Notes under the pieces: model-generated
What the model was told of the DNA's origin: nothing
The model's input: only the letters and a program-made list of their open reading frames with translations
Databases searched by the model: none
Shown: positions 28,972 to 39,440 of the stretch, in pieces
Numbering within the stretch: the first letter of the stretch is position 1
How the letters are laid out: each line of letters begins with the position of its first letter
Source: a virus
Virus record (IMG/VR): IMGVR_UViG_3300005541_000008
Span: 13,361 to 77,360 of that record
Direction: 5' to 3' (one strand)
DNA: 64,000 nucleotides
Program-made: the position numbers and the translations under genes

Positions 28972-29042
28972 TGCGCCGTAGGCTAATGGTAGTCCGCTGG
29001 TCTCATAAGCCAGACGCTCCGGTTCGATTCCGGACGGCGCAA
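28972..29042 (+). tRNA. tRNA with CAT anticodon (Met; Ile2 or initiator not excluded); followed by CCT, not CCA
   Basis: TGCGCCG/CGGCGCA acceptor; CTGGT-CT CAT AA-GCCAG; TCCGG-TTCGATT-CCGGA. Confidence 0.88.
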
Positions 29043-29056
29043 CCTCGGGAGGCGAA

Positions 29057-29353
29057 GTGGATGTTACGTTAACTCCGTCCATGCTGGGCATGCCGGACGT
29101 CTCTTTACTAAGCTTAATATGCGGTGTGGGGCTGCTTGTGATCGGGTGTGTCCTGTCGATTTTCGGAATGCGCGTTCTCTTTTCTGGCGGACCCGTCGCT
29201 TTGGTCCTCGTGATCTTCGCCGTTGTCGTGATTGTCGAGTGTTTCGCCTTCAGCTTAATTGGCTTTGGTGATTTTTTAGGGTTTTTCCGTTTCGTTGTTT
29301 ACGGAGGATACGGTGGCGGAAAAGGCGGTGTGGGTAGGAGTTATTATATATGA
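29057..29353 (+). CDS. Small membrane protein
   Basis: GGAGG RBS; two long hydrophobic segments. Confidence 0.55.
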   Translation: MDVTLTPSMLGMPDVSLLSLICGVGLLVIGCVLSIFGMRVLFSGGPVALVLVIFAVVVIVECFAFSLIGFGDFLGFFRFVVYGGYGGGKGGVGRSYYI

Positions 29354-29552
29354 TTGCGAGACGTGCCTTTTCCAGACGTTTGACCACGACGATAAGGGCG
29401 TGCGTATTACAACCTGCCAGAATTGCGGGACGCAATACGAGGTAGTGATGCGTCTCGTGCGAAAACCCGGGGAGCCGCGGTTGTAGCTTACCGGTTTGTT
29501 CCCCAGCTCAAAATTTGACCGAACTCGTTGAAAAATAAAGCAAATTTTTCTG

Positions 29553-29581
29553 TTGACTTTCATTTTAAAACGCTCTATAAT
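29553..29581 (+). promoter_or_regulatory. sigma70-type promoter
   Basis: TTGACT-17 nt-TATAAT with upstream A/T tracts. Confidence 0.85.
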
Positions 29582-29678
29582 TGTAGAGTTAGGATTGCAA
29601 CACCACTAACGTAATAGGAAATCCAGCCAATATCCAACGCAACTCCTCGTGTAGCGAGGAAACGCAAAGGAGTCAGAA

Positions 29679-30020
29679 ATGAACCAAAGCAGTTCCGAAA
29701 CCCACCAGGACGATACGAAGCTACCTAAAGGTGTGCTGTCCTTTGATCTGCTCGAGAGGGACGAGACAGTCCTTCTTCGGGGGAGAAGGAAAGCAACCCG
29801 TGAACTTGCGGGAATGATCGAGACGCAGCTTCACGATCGGCCTTTTAGCGTGTGTCGCTTCAAGATGGACGAAGGGGTCAACGGACACACAATCGCTAAC
29901 ACTCTCCGCAAAATGCTCAAGGGCAAGGGGGTCACGATCCAGGCCTCCGAAGGTGGCACGGTTATTTATGCGTGGCACGAATCAGCGGACCCGGAGCATA
30001 GAGAGGGGGTAGTAGCGTGA
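29679..30020 (+). CDS. Hypothetical protein, possible DNA binder
   Basis: AAGGAG RBS; first gene after the promoter. Confidence 0.7.
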   Translation: MNQSSSETHQDDTKLPKGVLSFDLLERDETVLLRGRRKATRELAGMIETQLHDRPFSVCRFKMDEGVNGHTIANTLRKMLKGKGVTIQASEGGTVIYAWHESADPEHREGVVA

Positions 30021-31427
30021 CGAGGAGAAAAAGGGTAGGGAAAAAAGGGCCTTTACCTGCGGGTGAGTACACAGTGCGCATTGCACGTATGGTGCCCGTG
30101 AGTAGGGGTAGGACACTGAGAGTGACGCTACAGGTCCTAAAAGGGCCTTACAAAGGGCGCAGAATGAACGAGCATCTTGGGGCTGCTGTTGTTAACGATA
30201 AGCGGCTCCGAAGGAGGGCGTCCAAGTGAAGTATAAGCGAGCTCTCACCAGGGGACAAATAAGGTCGTGCGAAGCGGCCGAGCATCCCACGTGTAGGTGC
30301 AGGTGCGCCGGGCGAATGCACGGACAGGACCACACCGAGTTCGCAAGCCTCGTGCAGGGGATGATTGATGAGAAAGGAGAAATCACGGACGTCGAGATCA
30401 ACGACATCATCGATTATCTCAAGTACGGAAGATAGGACACTGGTAGCGCTACCCGCTCAACACGCGAAGCGGGTAGCGCGCTCGGCTGCGACGTGAAAGG
30501 GGGGTTCGGTGAACGAGGTGCCGTGCGGGTATCCGTGTCATGTGTGTAGTGAGTTGAGGCGGAAGGGGCTGCGGTTTAGTATGACCGCTCCGGTTTTGAG
30601 AGGTGGAAGAAGGTGTCCGGGCTGTAGAGGGGCGCCGTACGAACACCACCACCACGCGATTATCGAGGAAGAGTCGCGGAAAGGCGAAACACAGCTCCAC
30701 GACGACGAAAAGAGTGAGTTTAAGCGGTGGAAGGAATTAAAGAAGCTCGGAATGGCATAACGTACTCATACATTTTATAGCACGTCACGCCGAGCCACCG
30801 TTAAATCTGTTTGACACTGCACCCAAAGAACTGCTACGCGGCTAGTACTAATCCCCCTGCGTGGAGGCGTTTGTTATGGTTCGCGCTATTAGGGCTGATA
30901 AGGTCTTGGTTTATGGTGATTTTGCGGTAGAGGAATTGCCGGATGAAGAGTCGGTTTTTGTAGCCGAGATTCTCACCTTGAGGGAGGAGGTTGCGAAGTA
31001 TGAGCGCCTCAGGAAGGTTGTGGGCGAAGTCTTCGCGATCAACGAGGCAGGAGGGCCAGGATCGAGAAAAGAAGTCCGAGACTTGCTCGCCCCGTTTGTA
31101 CCCGCCGAGGCCAAAGTGCGAGCGGTGTAACGGGTTTCTCGTGGTTGTGGTGAATTGGCAGTTTAGTGGGATTGGGTGTGTGAATTGCGGGGACTTGTGG
31201 GATGCGGTTGTGTTAATGAATAGGGAGTTGTTTGGTGGACGGAAGGTACAAAGAGATAACGCTCGCGAAGGTCAAAGCGAAGATTGAGGAGATGAAGCGG
31301 AGGGCCGCTACGGAGCCGGATTTTGGAGTGAGGGTCGGGAAGGCGCGGGGGTTGTTTCGAAACCCCAAGGAAAAGGAAGAGTTCAAGAAGTGGAAAGAGA
31401 TGATGGAGCGCGAGGCGTTAGGGGGGA

Positions 31428-31616
31428 TTGAAAGTGCCGGTGATTAAGAGATTGTGTAAGGATTGCGGGGTTGTTTTCGACTTTGACGAGGGGGAACAGG
31501 CGTTTTTCGCGAAGAAACACTTCGATGAGCCGAAAAGGTGTGTGGCGTGTAGGAAGAAGGTGAGGGATAGGAAGAAGACCGAGACCGGAGGAAATCGGAG
31601 TGAGGTCGGATTATAA
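31428..31616 (+). CDS. Zinc-ribbon protein (zf-trcl-like)
   Basis: LCKDCG..F.F..GEQAFF..K.F..PKRC..CR. Confidence 0.8.
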   Translation: MKVPVIKRLCKDCGVVFDFDEGEQAFFAKKHFDEPKRCVACRKKVRDRKKTETGGNRSEVGL

Positions 31617-31989
31617 GTATGTTGATAGGGCGACGGCGATTGTGCTTTGTGTTACGGCAAAGGGTAAGGAATGTCTCGCGAGCTTTGCGGATCGCCCCGA
31701 ACGGCTGCAAACGGATTCTAGGGCAGTGCGTATGAGAGAGCTCCTCCTCGCTCTGAACGAAGAGTACGTCGAGGTGAAGGAGGGAGAAGGCTGGATGGAG
31801 TGGTACCGCGAGTACGCGCTGCAGTTTCGGCAAGGCGCGGGACGCGTTACGGATGTGTCTTGGAACGATTTCAGAGACGCGCTTCTCGACGAGCTGATCT
31901 CGGTGCGTAAGGTAATTTGGGACGACGTTAGGTACAAAAAGGGGCGGCGTGCTTATCAACTCTTCATTAGAGAGAAGGGGTGGAAATGA
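31600..31989 (+). CDS. Hypothetical protein, paralog of 54234-54539
   Basis: DYKYVDRATAIVLCVT...YALQFR...LISVRKVIWD. Confidence 0.7.
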   Translation: MRSDYKYVDRATAIVLCVTAKGKECLASFADRPERLQTDSRAVRMRELLLALNEEYVEVKEGEGWMEWYREYALQFRQGAGRVTDVSWNDFRDALLDELISVRKVIWDDVRYKKGRRAYQLFIREKGWK

Positions 31990-32227
31990 AAGAACTCGTG
32001 ATTAGATTCGAGGACGATGCGGCTTTCGATTACGTGATGAGTGGGTTGGTGGAAGCAGGGGCGAATATGGGGGGCAAGACGCCCGAAGAAGCGGCTGCGG
32101 TGATTCTTGAAGACGCTCTCTTCGAGGAGCCGGAGAGCGAAAACGGGGCCGAGGAATCGACTAGTTAACACGGGACTAGTCGTTTTCCTTTTCTGAACAC
32201 CCAAGTACGCGACTTGAAAGGGATCCC

Positions 32228-32668
32228 GTGTCGTCTCCAAAGATTGAGGTTGTACGTAAGTTCGGTTTTGATGCTGCGCACAGGCTAATCAACCACGAAG
32301 GCAAGTGTGCGTGGCTTCACGGCCACCGCTACACTGTCCACGTGCATTTAGCGCCGAAGCTAGGGCTCGACCCTGTTGGTCGGGTGCTTGACTTCGCCGT
32401 GATGCAACGTTGGATAGGAGGGTGGCTCGATGAGCACCTTGACCACAATACTATCCTCCACGAGGAGGACGGCACGCTTGCAGCGGGTATTGCAAAGTTC
32501 TGCAGGGGTGGTTCGCCGTTCCTCCTTCCTTATAATCCCACAGCAGAGAATATAGCTAAATTCCTTCTCGATACGATCGCCGGGCACCTACTCAAAGGTG
32601 TTCCGGTTGTTGTGACGCGTGTCGTTGTTGAAGAAACCCCTAATTGTAGAGCGGAGGTCGAGATATGA
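32228..32668 (+). CDS. queD: 6-carboxy-tetrahydropterin synthase
   Basis: FDAAHRL, CAWLHGH, LDH, PTAENIA, EETP. Confidence 0.93.
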   Translation: MSSPKIEVVRKFGFDAAHRLINHEGKCAWLHGHRYTVHVHLAPKLGLDPVGRVLDFAVMQRWIGGWLDEHLDHNTILHEEDGTLAAGIAKFCRGGSPFLLPYNPTAENIAKFLLDTIAGHLLKGVPVVVTRVVVEETPNCRAEVEI

Positions 32669-33523
32669 AGTTTTTCGCGGACCAGAGGATTATTATAAAC
32701 CTCGAGAAGCTTTTCTACGCGGAGAAGAAGGATGTACCGTCGGGGAAGAAGATGGATTACTTTCTTATCCTCTACTTCGGTGACGAGACGGACACGGAGG
32801 TGGCGTATGGAACGGCGAGGGCGAGAGATGAGGCGTATGAGAGAATTGTAAGGGCCGTGGAGGGGGCGGAGCATGGAGATCCTGGACGAGAGGGAGATCG
32901 AACTGGCGAAGGAGGAGATACAGAAGAAGGGGCTACTGGGAATAGAGGAGGAGACAGCCAAGAAGTGGGCAGCGAGAGCAGCGGCGGCTTACGTGATGTC
33001 AGTTGACGCTGACGAAGGAGATGCGCAACAGTGGTGGGACGACGGCGAGGTGTACAGAAATGAAGCGCTGGAGCACGCTTCGCAAGTCTCGGGAGAACTC
33101 GTAGATACGATCGCGGACGCTCTGGAGGAGTATAGGGAGCCGGCTGCACGCGAGACGGGAAGGGGGTTTTACTATAACGGCTAAGGCACGGCAACGTAAG
33201 GAGGACGGCAATGAACATTAGACAGAGACTACTAGACTCGGGGAATTTTAAGTGTGCGTGCGGGTGTGGGGAGGTGTTAAAGGACGCGGAGTGTGTGATA
33301 CCGGCAACGGCGTACGTGCTTAAAGACCACTTTTGGAACCTCGTACCGAGGCCGGCGATGACACAGGCTGAGGAGGAGGTAGAAGCCGAGCGTACGGGGG
33401 TACATCCGAATCCTGAGGCGGAGAGAGAAAGGCAGGGCTTTGAGTTGTCGAGAGCGGTGTCGCGGCGGGTGAAGCTCTCGAGGGAGGAGAGGGAAGAGTT
33501 TAAGAGGTGGAAGGGGGAGAAGG

Positions 33524-34183
33524 ATGAAGGTGGTGAGCCTGCTTAGCGGGGGTTTGGATTCGACGGTGATGCTTTACGCCCTGCGCGCTGCAAGACATAA
33601 GGTGAAGTGCGTGTCGTTTGATTACGGGCAGAGACATAGAGTTGAGTTGGAGAGCGCGCAGAGTATCGCGATTAATGCGGGGGTCGAGTATAGGAGGGTT
33701 GACCTCACAACGATTACGGATCTCCTAAAGGGCTCTTCGCAAACGGATGAGGCGGTAGACGTGCCCGAGGGGCATTACGCGGCTGAGAGCATGAAGCTGA
33801 CGGTGGTGCCGAATCGTAATATGATTATGCTCTCGATTGCCGCAGCTTGGGCAATTAGCACGGGCTATGATGCGGTGGCGTACGCCGCGCATGCCGGGGA
33901 CCATGCTATCTATCCGGATTGTAGGAGGGAGTATGTGAAGGAATTGTCAGGGGCTTTCCTCCTCTGCGACTGGCAGCCAATCGCGCTTTACACCCCCTTT
34001 ATCGACCTCACAAAGGCGGAGATTGTGCAGCTCGGCGTTAAGCTCGACGCGCCGTTTCACCTTACCTTCAGCTGCTATAAGGGGAAGGCGGGTGTGCATT
34101 GTGGCCGCTGCGGAACGTGTACGGAGCGGAAGGAGGCTTTTACACTAGCGGGGGTTACGGACCCTACAACCTACGAGGCGTGA
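33524..34183 (+). CDS. queC: 7-cyano-7-deazaguanine synthase
   Basis: LSGGLDS, FDYGQRH, VPNRN, YPDC, SCY...HCGRCGTC. Confidence 0.96.
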   Translation: MKVVSLLSGGLDSTVMLYALRAARHKVKCVSFDYGQRHRVELESAQSIAINAGVEYRRVDLTTITDLLKGSSQTDEAVDVPEGHYAAESMKLTVVPNRNMIMLSIAAAWAISTGYDAVAYAAHAGDHAIYPDCRREYVKELSGAFLLCDWQPIALYTPFIDLTKAEIVQLGVKLDAPFHLTFSCYKGKAGVHCGRCGTCTERKEAFTLAGVTDPTTYEA

Positions 34184-34184
34184 A

Positions 34185-35024
34185 GTGGCGACGAGATTGG
34201 TGCTTAGGAACCACGAGATTGATAACTTCCTCCAGTGTCGTAGGAAGTATAAACTCAAGTGCGACGGGTGGACTGAGCACGATCGCGATGAGAACCTCTT
34301 GATCGGCTCTGCCGTGCACGCAGCCCTCGCGGATTGGGCTTTGAAGAAGGACGAGACGGCGGCGCTCCAACTCGCGTTTAAAGAGGTTGGAACGGTCGAA
34401 GGGGAGATTGCGGAGCATGTTTATTTGATCTTATCGGAGTACTTTGTCCGGTATAAGAACGACCGCCTCGTGCCTATTGCGACGGAGACAGAGTTTACGG
34501 TGCCGCTCGCCGAAGTCACGGTGGACGGTGTGGAGTACGATGTCCAAATTGGAATGCGCACCGACGGCCTCGTGTCGTATGAGGGCGGAATTTGGGTAAA
34601 GGAGAGTAAGACGACGGGGTTTCCGCCTGCGACGTTCTGGAGGAAGTTCCTTCTCGATCGACAAACGCTCGAGTATTATTGGGGGTGGCGGAAGAAGTCA
34701 GAGCTCAGGATTAGTGGGGTTGTTGTAGATGCGATGTTCAAGCCGCGTAAAAACCAAAACCCCGAGCCTAAGTTTGACCGTCAATACTTCTCGCCAACGC
34801 CCTTCGACGTCGCTCGTTGGGAACGGGAGACGATCTCCATTGCACGGGATATAATCCGGACGCGCCACGACAACGACTACTACGGCTCGGGGAAGTGCCA
34901 GAGCTACGGGAAGTTTTGCGAGTTTTACGATTATTGTTGCAACGGCGAGAACCCCGCAGTGCTCGCAAGTACCCACCGCCCCGAGACCGAGGAAGAACGG
35001 AAGCGAAGATTAGGGGTGCGGTAG
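34185..35024 (+). CDS. PD-(D/E)xK exonuclease (RecB/AddB/Cas4-like, Fe-S Cys motif)
   Basis: QCRRKY, GSAVH, ETEF, TDG...ESKT, QTLEY, C-terminal C....C....C. Confidence 0.85.
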   Translation: MATRLVLRNHEIDNFLQCRRKYKLKCDGWTEHDRDENLLIGSAVHAALADWALKKDETAALQLAFKEVGTVEGEIAEHVYLILSEYFVRYKNDRLVPIATETEFTVPLAEVTVDGVEYDVQIGMRTDGLVSYEGGIWVKESKTTGFPPATFWRKFLLDRQTLEYYWGWRKKSELRISGVVVDAMFKPRKNQNPEPKFDRQYFSPTPFDVARWERETISIARDIIRTRHDNDYYGSGKCQSYGKFCEFYDYCCNGENPAVLASTHRPETEEERKRRLGVR

Positions 35025-35025
35025 G

Positions 35026-35565
35026 GTGCAGGCGCATATCTACGCGGATGAGGATATTGTTATTATCAAGGCGCCTTGGCGTCCGGGGTTTGCCGATGCG
35101 CTCAAGAACGAGTTGCCCAAGGGCGATCGCGCGTGGAATAATGAGGACAAGGTTTGGGAGTGTCATCCGCGCCATCTCGAGACGATTGTGGAGATTGCGC
35201 AGGACTACTTTGCGGAGGTGATAGTTGACGAGTCGGTCGAGGCTTTCGAAGCGGAGAAGAAGCAGAAGCCGCAACGCGGACAGCCCACCTTCACCGCGGA
35301 TGAAGTGCGTAAGCTCAAGGTGGAGTGGGAGAAGAGTATGCGGGAGAAGATTGAGGCAGAGGTGAGGGCGCGGTATAACTGGGAAAGGTCGGGCACTGGG
35401 AAGAATAAGGGGCCGTGGGATGAGCTGCGCGCTATACTCTCCCAAGATGATATGAAGACGGTGTTTAGGGCGTTGGCAAAGAAGCACCACCCGGACGTCG
35501 ACGGGAATGACGGGGAGAAGATGAAGAAGCTAAACGCGGTATTCGAGAAGATGGGGGTGAAGTAG
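35026..35565 (+). CDS. Protein with C-terminal DnaJ J-domain
   Basis: FRALAKKHHPDV...MKKLNAVFE. Confidence 0.8.
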   Translation: MQAHIYADEDIVIIKAPWRPGFADALKNELPKGDRAWNNEDKVWECHPRHLETIVEIAQDYFAEVIVDESVEAFEAEKKQKPQRGQPTFTADEVRKLKVEWEKSMREKIEAEVRARYNWERSGTGKNKGPWDELRAILSQDDMKTVFRALAKKHHPDVDGNDGEKMKKLNAVFEKMGVK

Positions 35566-35841
35566 GTGGAGGAGATGCCTTTCACGCCGTGGTCGAAGGC
35601 GCGTATTGCGCAGGGGAGGAAATGGGCAACAACGAGAACGAGGAGCTGGAACGATCCGAGGGTGATCGATATGACGTGGCTCCCGTTAGGGTTTGTGCGG
35701 GATCACTTATACGCGATAGAAGGGGCCGACTCTCCGGAAGAGTTTGAGAGGGTGTGGAAGGGTATTCATAGGGGCCATTTCGATCCGACTAAGGTGGTGT
35801 GTGTGCACTTTGGGGATTTCTCTAGGGAGGTAGGGGGATGA
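35566..35841 (+). CDS. ASCH-like domain protein
   Basis: MPF...IAQGRKWATTR...EG.DSPEEF...W. Confidence 0.65.
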   Translation: MEEMPFTPWSKARIAQGRKWATTRTRSWNDPRVIDMTWLPLGFVRDHLYAIEGADSPEEFERVWKGIHRGHFDPTKVVCVHFGDFSREVGG

Positions 35842-36116
35842 AAGAACCTATCAAGTTTGTATACCTCTGGTCGAACGGAATGGTAATGGTGTTTGATGAT
35901 GAGGGCGAGCAGGTCACCGAACTCCAAGGGCCGAAGCACGTCGCAACCGCTAAACTCCTCGACGTGAATTTGGAGAAGGCGCGGTTTTACATGGGGAATT
36001 GGGAGACACGGGAACTAATAGAAATACCCAGAGATTCCTTCTTCTGCGAAGCGTGGGAAGTGACTAGTGAATATCACGAATGGAAAGGGAGGATCGTTGC
36101 ATATGACCCCTCTTGA
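35838..36116 (+). CDS. Hypothetical protein
   Basis: WSNGMVMVFDDEGEQVTELQG. Confidence 0.65.
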   Translation: MKEPIKFVYLWSNGMVMVFDDEGEQVTELQGPKHVATAKLLDVNLEKARFYMGNWETRELIEIPRDSFFCEAWEVTSEYHEWKGRIVAYDPS

Positions 36117-36567
36117 TTCAGGAGTGTGGCGCGGTCCGCGGCCGGTGACTGTAAAGGACGTATACGCCCTTAAGGAGGCCGGGATTAAGGCGTGTTTGAG
36201 TTTGCAAAGCGGGTGGTATGAGGCGCTTCGCGACGAGGTATATGAAGAGGATGAGATGCTCGAATCGCGGGGGATAAGGTCGTTCCACCTCCCGCTGAGT
36301 GATTGGAGACCCCCAACGCGCGAAGTGTTGGAAACAGCAAAAATGCTCATGACGGACGTAGCAAACCATCCTATCTACGTGCATTGTCTACACGGGGTGG
36401 ATAGGACGGGGATTGTGTGTGCGTATTATCGGGTTAAAGTACACGGATGGGCGATCGACCGTGCTTTGGGCGAAATGTACACTCTCGGGTTTCATACTAT
36501 GCCGTATAGATGGCCGTTGGGATGGGTATGGGCTTTGAGAAAGATAGTAGGAACACCCTCGGCGTAA
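36103..36567 (+). CDS. Cys-based tyrosine/dual-specificity phosphatase
   Basis: YVHCLHGVDRTG (HCx5R) P-loop; WRGPRP. Confidence 0.9.
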   Translation: MTPLDSGVWRGPRPVTVKDVYALKEAGIKACLSLQSGWYEALRDEVYEEDEMLESRGIRSFHLPLSDWRPPTREVLETAKMLMTDVANHPIYVHCLHGVDRTGIVCAYYRVKVHGWAIDRALGEMYTLGFHTMPYRWPLGWVWALRKIVGTPSA

Positions 36568-36687
36568 AATGCAGATAGTCCTTTTAGACATTAATGTCGT
36601 CCTCACCGCACAGCACCTTCCGCGATTAGTATCTTAGCACAGCTCCCCACTTGACCTATTTTCGGCCTTGAGGCCTTGGAGGAAAGC

Positions 36688-37653
36688 ATGGCAGACTTAT
36701 TTGACGACTCAGGAGAGGTTCAGCAGGCCTATCTTAAGGTATTGATCTATGGCGGCTCAGGGGCCGGGAAGACGTATACCGCGCTGCAGGTCGCGACGGC
36801 GCTCGGGAAGACGGGGATTGTTGACACCGAGAGGGGATCTGAGCCTTACCGCCCGATATTCAAAAACCCCGACGGGACGCCGTTTTCCGTAGCGCCTACG
36901 CGCTCGTGTAAGGTTGTAGTCACGCAAGCTATCCCCGAGGCAATTAAGAAGGAGTATGCGTGCTTAATTGTCGACCAAGTTTCGACAATGTGGGACGACC
37001 TAAAGGATCAGTATATTCTTCAAGAGTGGCGGAAGCAGAGTAAGGCGTGGTACTTCATCGAGAAGAACGGCAAACTCCCCTTCCAAGCGTGGTCCTTTAT
37101 AAAAGGGCCTTTCCGCAAGATGATCCGGGAACTCCTCGACGCACCTATGCACGTCTTTATCGTGGCGCGCGGTATGGACGAGTTCCAGGTCTCGCAGGAC
37201 GGCGGAGAGCCGCTGAAGACGGGTGAGCGGCCTGAGGGTGAGAAGAATACGAAGTTCGAGCCCCCGATTATGGTTAAGATGGAGGGGGACGTGAAGAAGA
37301 AGAAGTGGGCCGCGTTTGTGGAGAAGGATAAGTGGAGGGCGATTGAAGGGCAGGTTTTCATCAACCCGACGGCGGAGATGTTTGCCCCGGTACTCGCGAA
37401 ACTGGGTTCCGTACACGGAGCAATCCCCGCTCCGGCGGAAGAAGAGGCCCTGGATATAGGGGAGGTAGCTACGGTAGGCGCGGGGCCGGATCAATTACTG
37501 CTCATAAGGAAACTCGCAGAGAAAGGGGGTGTTGCCAATGACGTAGTCGAGAAGAGACTCACGAACATTTCACGTGTGGAAGCAGCAGAGATCGTCAACC
37601 GTGTGACGCTCAATGATTGGAGCGTCTTTGAAGTTAAAGAGGAGGTAGGGTAA
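36688..37653 (+). CDS. Sak4-like (AAA_24) ssDNA-annealing ATPase
   Basis: KVLIYGGSGAGKT, VDTERG, LIVDQVS; followed by an SSB gene. Confidence 0.85.
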   Translation: MADLFDDSGEVQQAYLKVLIYGGSGAGKTYTALQVATALGKTGIVDTERGSEPYRPIFKNPDGTPFSVAPTRSCKVVVTQAIPEAIKKEYACLIVDQVSTMWDDLKDQYILQEWRKQSKAWYFIEKNGKLPFQAWSFIKGPFRKMIRELLDAPMHVFIVARGMDEFQVSQDGGEPLKTGERPEGEKNTKFEPPIMVKMEGDVKKKKWAAFVEKDKWRAIEGQVFINPTAEMFAPVLAKLGSVHGAIPAPAEEEALDIGEVATVGAGPDQLLLIRKLAEKGGVANDVVEKRLTNISRVEAAEIVNRVTLNDWSVFEVKEEVG

Positions 37654-38093
37654 TGAGTGTGCTGGACTTGGACTGGGAAACATTGCCCGATAGTGACGCG
37701 TTGCCACCGGGCGAGTATACGCTACGCATCGACAAAGTCTCGGAAATTCAGCTCGACAAGAGACAAAATCAATACCTGGGCTTCGAGTACTCGGTTATCG
37801 AAGGCGAGTATGTGAATCGGAAGGTCTTCGATCCGTACGTGCCTTTGCAGGGCCGCTCGACGCTCAAAAAGATCCTGCGTGCGACAAAGTTCCCGCAGCA
37901 GCGTCTCGGCAACTCCGATCAACTAATCGGACTCACGTTCAAAGCGGTGCTTCGTGTTGAGAAGACAGAGGAGTACGGCGAACAGAACCGGATTGTCGCG
38001 TACATCGACCCGGATAACCGGCAGTCGATGGATATGTCGGCACCTCCGGTGGGTGCAGGGGCAGCGAAAGCGGGAGCAAGGAAAGGACGGTAA
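37653..38093 (+). CDS. DUF669-like single-stranded DNA-binding protein
   Basis: LPPGEYTLRI, VIEGEYVNRKVFD, LIG, YGEQNRI. Confidence 0.8.
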   Translation: MSVLDLDWETLPDSDALPPGEYTLRIDKVSEIQLDKRQNQYLGFEYSVIEGEYVNRKVFDPYVPLQGRSTLKKILRATKFPQQRLGNSDQLIGLTFKAVLRVEKTEEYGEQNRIVAYIDPDNRQSMDMSAPPVGAGAAKAGARKGR

Positions 38094-38785
38094 GAGAAGG
38101 AGGACGAATGGTGAGCTTAGCGGACATGCTTCAAGGGTTTTTGGTGGCTGCGGCGTCAGTAAGCTTCGGCGCCTGGATGGGGAGCTGGACCGCTGGGCTC
38201 ACCGCGTTCTTCGTGCTGTTGCTCTTAGCACTTATTCGGTAGGGGAGGTGATATGGAGGACGGAAAGGTAAACCCCTGGCTCGCAGCCGAGGATATAGCG
38301 GTGGGGGTGGTGCGCACGGTAGGGGTGAAAGGGATAGTGAGCTTTCTGAAGAATGTGTTTAGGGGGGCGTCGAATCAGAGCGTACCGCGGGCGGAGGACG
38401 TGTATTTAGCGCTCGTAGACCTGGAGAAGACGCTCGAGGTTGGTGTGCGGGTGGATGTTGAGAAGTTACTAAAAGGGGGAGGCGGGTGAGATGGGAGGGT
38501 TAATTGAAGGGGTGATGTTTGGGGTGCTGACCGACTGTCATACTTCGAAGGAGCGTAGGGTTAAGTGCACGTTTAAGGTAGTGCCCGTAGACGGCCGCGA
38601 TGCGTTTCAACTATACGGAGGGCCTACGGGGTTTGAGGGCTTCTACATGGACGGTAGTAAGGAAGCGACGCATCGCACGGGAGGATGGTGCGCGTGTGAG
38701 GGTACGAAGGAGCAGTGGGATACACTCAAGTTTTCCGCCGAGGAAATGACGCACGTTTACGATCACATAGCGAAAGCGAGGAGAA

Positions 38786-39439
38786 ATGGCAATGATAGCC
38801 GTTAATGAGGTGTTTGATACGATTCAGGGCGAGGGGGTGCATACCGGAAGGCCGGCCACTTTCGTACGACTCGCGCGGTGTAATCTAGCGTGTATGAAAT
38901 GCGACTCGGAATTTAACAACCCCGTGATGGAGATGACAGTGGCCGAGATTATAAAGCGCCTTAACACCAAAATCCCTATCGTGGTGATAACAGGGGGCGA
39001 GCCGACGCTGCAAAATCTCGACGCGCTACTAATTGAGCTGGTGGAAAGGGGATACCAAGCTCATCTGCAAACCAACGGCACACAGAAAATCCACGAGTTC
39101 TTCACTTGGGTGTGCGTGAGTCCTAAGCTTAAGTATATGGAGCCGCTCTACGAATCGGTAATTCGCGCCGACGAGATTAAGATGCCGATTACGTGCGCGG
39201 AGGACATTGAGGAGGCCGAAGCCTTCCGCGCTAAGTTTGCGGGAGCGAAGGCTGAGTGGTACCTACACCCCTGGAATGATAATTTCGAGCAAATCCGCCA
39301 CGGAAAGAATCTTAGCCCTGGGGCTAGGTCGCTCGAGGGTTTCAATTCCGATAATAACCGTTTGTGTGTCGAACACGCGGTAAAGACGGGACGCTGGAGA
39401 GTTTCTGTTCAGGTACATAAAATTCTTGGCGTAAGGTAG
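38786..39439 (+). CDS. queE: 7-carboxy-7-deazaguanine synthase (radical SAM)
   Basis: FDTIQGEG, CNLACMKCD, ITGGEPTLQ, VSPK, SVQVHK. Confidence 0.94.
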   Translation: MAMIAVNEVFDTIQGEGVHTGRPATFVRLARCNLACMKCDSEFNNPVMEMTVAEIIKRLNTKIPIVVITGGEPTLQNLDALLIELVERGYQAHLQTNGTQKIHEFFTWVCVSPKLKYMEPLYESVIRADEIKMPITCAEDIEEAEAFRAKFAGAKAEWYLHPWNDNFEQIRHGKNLSPGARSLEGFNSDNNRLCVEHAVKTGRWRVSVQVHKILGVR

Positions 39440-39440
39440 T

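Noticed and set aside
30780-30845. Possible promoter with TTGACA at 30811
   Set aside because: No acceptable -10 hexamer at 16-18 nt spacing.
34185-35024. Cas4 acting as adaptation nuclease for the arrays
   Set aside because: It lies about 5.6 kb away, in the same block as Sak4 and SSB, the usual phage recombination context, and no Cas1 is present.
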